Source: the human T2T-CHM13v2.0 reference genome, Homo sapiens. Taken from it: a stretch of DNA of 64,000 nt. The notes under the pieces are model-generated. The model was not told the origin of the DNA. It worked only from the letters and a program-made list of their open reading frames with translations, and searched no databases. The DNA is taken from assembly GCF_009914755.1 (NCBI RefSeq), contig NC_060930.1. One strand, written 5' to 3'. Made by a program: the position numbers and the translations under genes. Below, piece by piece: positions 58,770 to 64,000 of the stretch (the first letter of the stretch is position 1; each line of letters starts with the position of its first letter).

Positions 58770-59880
58770 AAAATCATTTTAGCTATTCTAGTTTCTTTGC
58801 CTTTCCATATAAATTTTTAAATTATTGGGTGAATTGTGCTAATATTTTTGAGGAATCTTGTCTAAGATGTGAAATGTATGTGTGTCTACTTGTTTGTACT
58901 GTCTCCTTCCTATTCTTCTGATGTCTCCATAATCTGTAGTGATGCTTCCTGTTTCATTCCAGGTATTGATCATTTGTGTCTTCTTTTTCTTTTTTTTGCC
59001 AGATTTGCTAGAGAGTTGCCAATTTTATTGATCTTTTCAAAGAACCAGTTCTTTGTCACATTGATTTCCTTTGGATTTTCCCCAGAGTCGGGGGTGCTCC
59101 TCATTACTATTAAATGGGGGAATGGATAGGAATGGATATTCCACCTTCCCATGTGGTCTCTGCTGACACGTGGTAGGGGCAGTCTAGTTACCACTGGACA
59201 ATGGTTATAGTTCTTACTTTCCATGAGGCCTCTTCTGATGCTACCCTAGCAAGGAGGAGCCTCAATATCCCCAGTGGGAATGGAAGTTTAGGCTTCCCAC
59301 GTGGTCTGTAGTGACACCATGGAGAGGGCCTTATCTCCGGCCAGCAGGGTAGAAAGTCCTGGCTCACTGCTTGGTTTTCTCTGGCACTGATCCGGCAAAG
59401 GTGTTGAGGCCCCTCTTCATAGCTTCTTAAGGACGGACATCTCAGCTTTTTACTTGGTCTTTGCCAGCATAGGGGGGATGCAAAATATTTTTTTCATCAT
59501 TGTCCAAAAATTTTCTGTCTTGCTAGGCTGCCCTTTTCCTGGTCCTGTGGTTAGAGAAAGCAGAGATTTTTCCAGTGTGTTTTTTCTTTGCACCTGTTTG
59601 TGTTTCCAGATCGCTTTTCATCAGCTCTACATCTGGGATATATGAAGCTGAAAGAAAATCTACAGAGCTCACAACTCTGTCATCTCTTGGATCCTGAGAT
59701 TCTTGTCCTGTCCATCTTCCTCTCTACATCTTTGAGAGTCTTCTTGTGTTTGCTTTAAACATAATGTCCAGTTTTACTTAGTTGTACTTAGCAGGAGGAG
59801 TAGTTGTACTATATAGTTGTACTTAGCAGGAGGAGTAGAAGAAAATGTGTTTGTTCCGTGTTTCCCAAAGCACAAATCTG
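58770..59880 (-). mobile_element. old L1M (L1MC/MD-like) fragments including 5' region
   Basis: ORF2 remnant KNWFFEKINKI (ORF 58970..59224) followed by repeated CCCAYGTGGTCT...TGACAC units. Confidence 0.6.
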
Positions 59881-60244
59881 TCTCAAGCACACATTTGTAA
59901 CTGGTTTGTTAGGGGAATTTGATGGTCTTATATCTCTACCTGACTGCTTCCGTGCCCCAGGAAAATTGCTGACAGGTGAAATATGTCTTGTACTTTATCA
60001 AAACAATCAAACCAACAAAAGCATGAAGAAAAACAAATTCTTTCCCTGAAAGAATCTCCCTCTCTTCATTTTCCCTGAACATGTAATTTGTAAGGGCACA
60101 ACTCTTTTCAGAACGTCCAGTTTGTTTACTGAAAGAATTTTGTGCCTTTGTGTCTAGAGGCTGTGACTTCTCTCAAATCACAAATTTTGTTACAACTATT
60201 CTAGCCTAAATTAACCAGTCAGGATATAGAACGATACTGTAATA

Positions 60245-60455
60245 CAACAGTTCTAAATTGGGGTCCATTTGACCTCTGAGGGGGCATTTAGCAATGCCTG
60301 GAGAAATTTTTGTTTTTCACAACTTAGAGTGCTACTAGCATCTGCTGGGCAAAGGCCAGGGATGCTGAAAACATCCCCGAACGCACAGTACATACTCGAA
60401 TAATAACAAATTATCCTGTCCAGACAGTCAATCGTGCTAAGATCAACAAACCCTG
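60245..60455. mobile_element. MER20 hAT MITE
   Basis: GGGGCATTTAGCAATGCCTGGAGA...TGCTACTAGCATCT...GGCCAGGGATGCTG. Confidence 0.85.
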
Positions 60456-60699
60456 CTGTAACAGGGTGTGTAACCCTTACTAGAGACACCAGTACCATTC
60501 TGCAAATAGTAGATGGAAATTGCTTTCTGAGAGGGCTACCTTAGGAGAGAGTGTAGCTTTCAATTTATAGGAGAGAATCAGTAGAGAAACTGTAGTCTGA
60601 GACAGTCGGAATTGAAAAAATGATTCTACGAGAGAAAGTGATAGCGTAATCTCACAGATCCATGAATAGCAATAGGCACAACCAGTGAGGTTGTGTAGA

Positions 60700-61690
<991 letters not shown>

Positions 61691-62186
61691 AACAAATAAT
61701 GTGGAAAAATGTGGTGTTAAGGAGTAGTAATTTTTCAGGACATATATTTTAAAAAGGAATGAAAACACAATTTATCAGTACACATTGGTAGTGTCCAAGG
61801 TAGAAAGAATCTAATCATTTGGACAAGAGATAACAAAAAGAATCATATACATATCATTTTAATTATTTTATCTTGGGCAAAATAAGTCTTGTCTGTCACC
61901 TACCCTTCAACCACCAAACCCAGCTAATTGCCTAAATCTCTTTGTTGTGTGTTAGATGGAAAAGTTGAATTCTGATAATTAATTAAACTTATATTGCAAA
62001 TTGATGACAACCAGGAATGTTCTGGTTATCGGGAAAACAATTTAAGTGAATTCACTTACATTCTGGTGTATAGATCAGTCACACTAATCTCCCAAGACAA
62101 AATGAGCTTTCCATGGCTTTCTGCACCAGCAAAGCTCAAGGCCATTCCTGAGCATGGTGATCCCACATTTATTCTACTTTACATCC

Positions 62187-62548
62187 TGATAAGGTTTTGC
62201 TGTGTGTCTCCACCCAAATCTCATCTGGAATTGTAATCCCCACACGTCAAGGGAGGGAACTGGTGGGGGGTGATTGGACCATGGGGGTAGTTTCCCCCAT
62301 TCTGTTCTCATGATGGTGAGTTCTCATGAGATCTGATGGTTTTATAAGTGTTTGACAGTTCCTCCTTCACATTTGCTCTCTCTTGCCTGCTGCCATGTAA
62401 GGTGTGCCTGCTTCCCCTTCTGCCGTGATTATAAGTTTTCTGAGGCCTCCCCAGCCATGCAGAACTGTGAGTCAACTAACCTTCTTTTCTTTATAAATTA
62501 CCCAGTCTCGGGCAGTTCTTTATAGCAGTGTGAGAACAGACTAATACA
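62187..62548 (+). mobile_element. THE1D-like MaLR solo LTR
   Basis: TGATAAGGTTTTGCTGTG...ACTAATACA with perfect TSD CATCC (62182-62186/62549-62553). Confidence 0.93.
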
Positions 62549-63419
62549 CATCCCATCTACTAAGCTTCTGTTGTAATTTCTACTATTACAAGGTTCTGTA
62601 CAATATTACTACTTTATATCTGCATAGAACTTTTGAATACTTTTCAAATTTTTCATTTGTATTTTCTTATTGGAACTTAATAATCACATGGTGAAATAGG
62701 CAGAAGAGCTATCATTATCTGCCTTTTTAGTTGAATAATAAATAGGTTAAGTGGCAAATACAGTGGAGAATTATGTGGACTAGCTGTGTACTGGCAGTAC
62801 AGATAGATTTTTAAAATAGAGTGAAGTGAAAAAAATGCAAAATAGAATGAGGCTTGTGAATATAGCACAGTTTATGTAAGATAAAAATATGCCCCAAACA
62901 ATGTAACATATTTAGAAAGCAGCACAAAAAATTTATAAAAATGAGACATATTAAAAATGGTTTCTTATAATGGTGGAGAGGTGAATGGGAATTGAGAATA
63001 GGAGAAAAATGGGAATAAATAGAGAAAACAAGAAGATTCAAGTGCAGACAAAACTAAGATGATTTGGAATGAACTGAGAAGAGTCGTTTCTTGTTTTTGA
63101 TCGTCGTTTTTGTTTTTAACTCACTAGCTGCATTATTTAAATAGCCAGTGATAGAAACCAGATCTCTAGAATAAAATAAAACAAAAAATTAAATTGTTTT
63201 TCGCCTGTACTTCTTACTATGTACAAAACAATGCAGTAATAGTTGTGCAATGACTGAAATTCCAAAACATAATTTTACCCTTAAAGAACTTAGATCAAGT
63301 TTGAGACAAAACATTTAATTGTAAAAAGTATTCATAAAATATAATAGTAGATTGAAATAATAGTTTATGTTAACTACATAATTGATGCCTCAATGATTAG
63401 GTATGTAAATGACTTAATC

Positions 63420-63880
63420 TAGCAACAATTACTGCATATCATTCATGAAAATATCAGTTATGTGCCAGATTTAAGATCCATCAGTTTACAAAATAGAAAT
63501 TTCTTACCTCATGAAGCTTATATTTTATCCTGGGGTGTGAGTCTATAAGTAATGAACATAATGAATAAGCAAAATGTTAGATAAAAAATACTAGGACATA
63601 GTAAATGCTTTAGGAAAAATAGAGCAGTATAGAGGAGTTTAGAATACGGAATGTGGAGGTTTGAGGTACAAAATTTTAAATTAGATACTTAGAGTAGATC
63701 CAGCAAGAAAGTGACATTTGAACAAAGACTTGAAGAAAGTGAGGCAGGGAACCATGTGGATATCTGTGAAAATAGTATCCCAGGCCATAAAGTGAGGTGG
63801 TGAAAACTGTAGGTAGAATTGTTTTGGGAAAAATCAGACATTCAGTTTTGGATAAGTTTATTTTGAGATGACTGTTAGAA
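63420..63880 (-). mobile_element. L2a-like fragment
   Basis: TATGTGCCAG...CCTCATGAAGCTTATATT...GAAAGTGACATTTGAACAAAGAC. Confidence 0.7.
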
Positions 63881-63883
63881 ATC

Positions 63884-64000
63884 TGTGTTAGTCTGTTTTC
63901 ACACTGCTATAAAGAATTCCCAAGACTAGGTAATTTACAAAGAAAAGAGGTTGAATTGACTCACAGTTCTGCATGACTGGGAAGGCATCAGGAAACTTAC
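63884..64000 (-). mobile_element. THE1/MST MaLR LTR, runs off the window
   Basis: TGTGTTAGTCTGTTTTCACACTGCTATAAAG...GACTCACAGTTCTGCATG. Confidence 0.9.

Overview
AT-rich, CpG-depleted primate (human-like) non-coding DNA, intergenic or deep intronic. I can support no protein-coding gene, RNA gene, CpG island or CRISPR array. The informative ORFs come from Alu, L1, ERVL or low-complexity sequence. The window is a dense record of transposons: about 16 Alu/FLAM copies, young L1PA and old L1MA/L1M fragments, L2, MIR, MaLR/ERV LTRs, an ERVL integrase fossil and hAT/mariner MITEs. The most notable structures are: (1) a TSD-bounded insertion at 17.6-18.9 kb best read as an L1 3' transduction inverted by twin priming; (2) a ~200-bp set of nested palindromes at 57.2-57.4 kb; (3) a twin-primed L1MA whose TSD copies show opposite-strand CpG decay and which hosts a tiny poly(A)/TSD orphan retrocopy; (4) two inverted L1PA copies sharing non-canonical variants; (5) a 29-bp-stem hairpin at 34.2 kb; (6) a CpG-retaining CTCF-like site at 53.4 kb. 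Repeat subfamily names come from my recall of consensus sequences, not a database search. Boundaries of old repeats are approximate. I see no evidence for a new gene system; the novelty lies in retrotransposition and repair scars and candidate regulatory sites.
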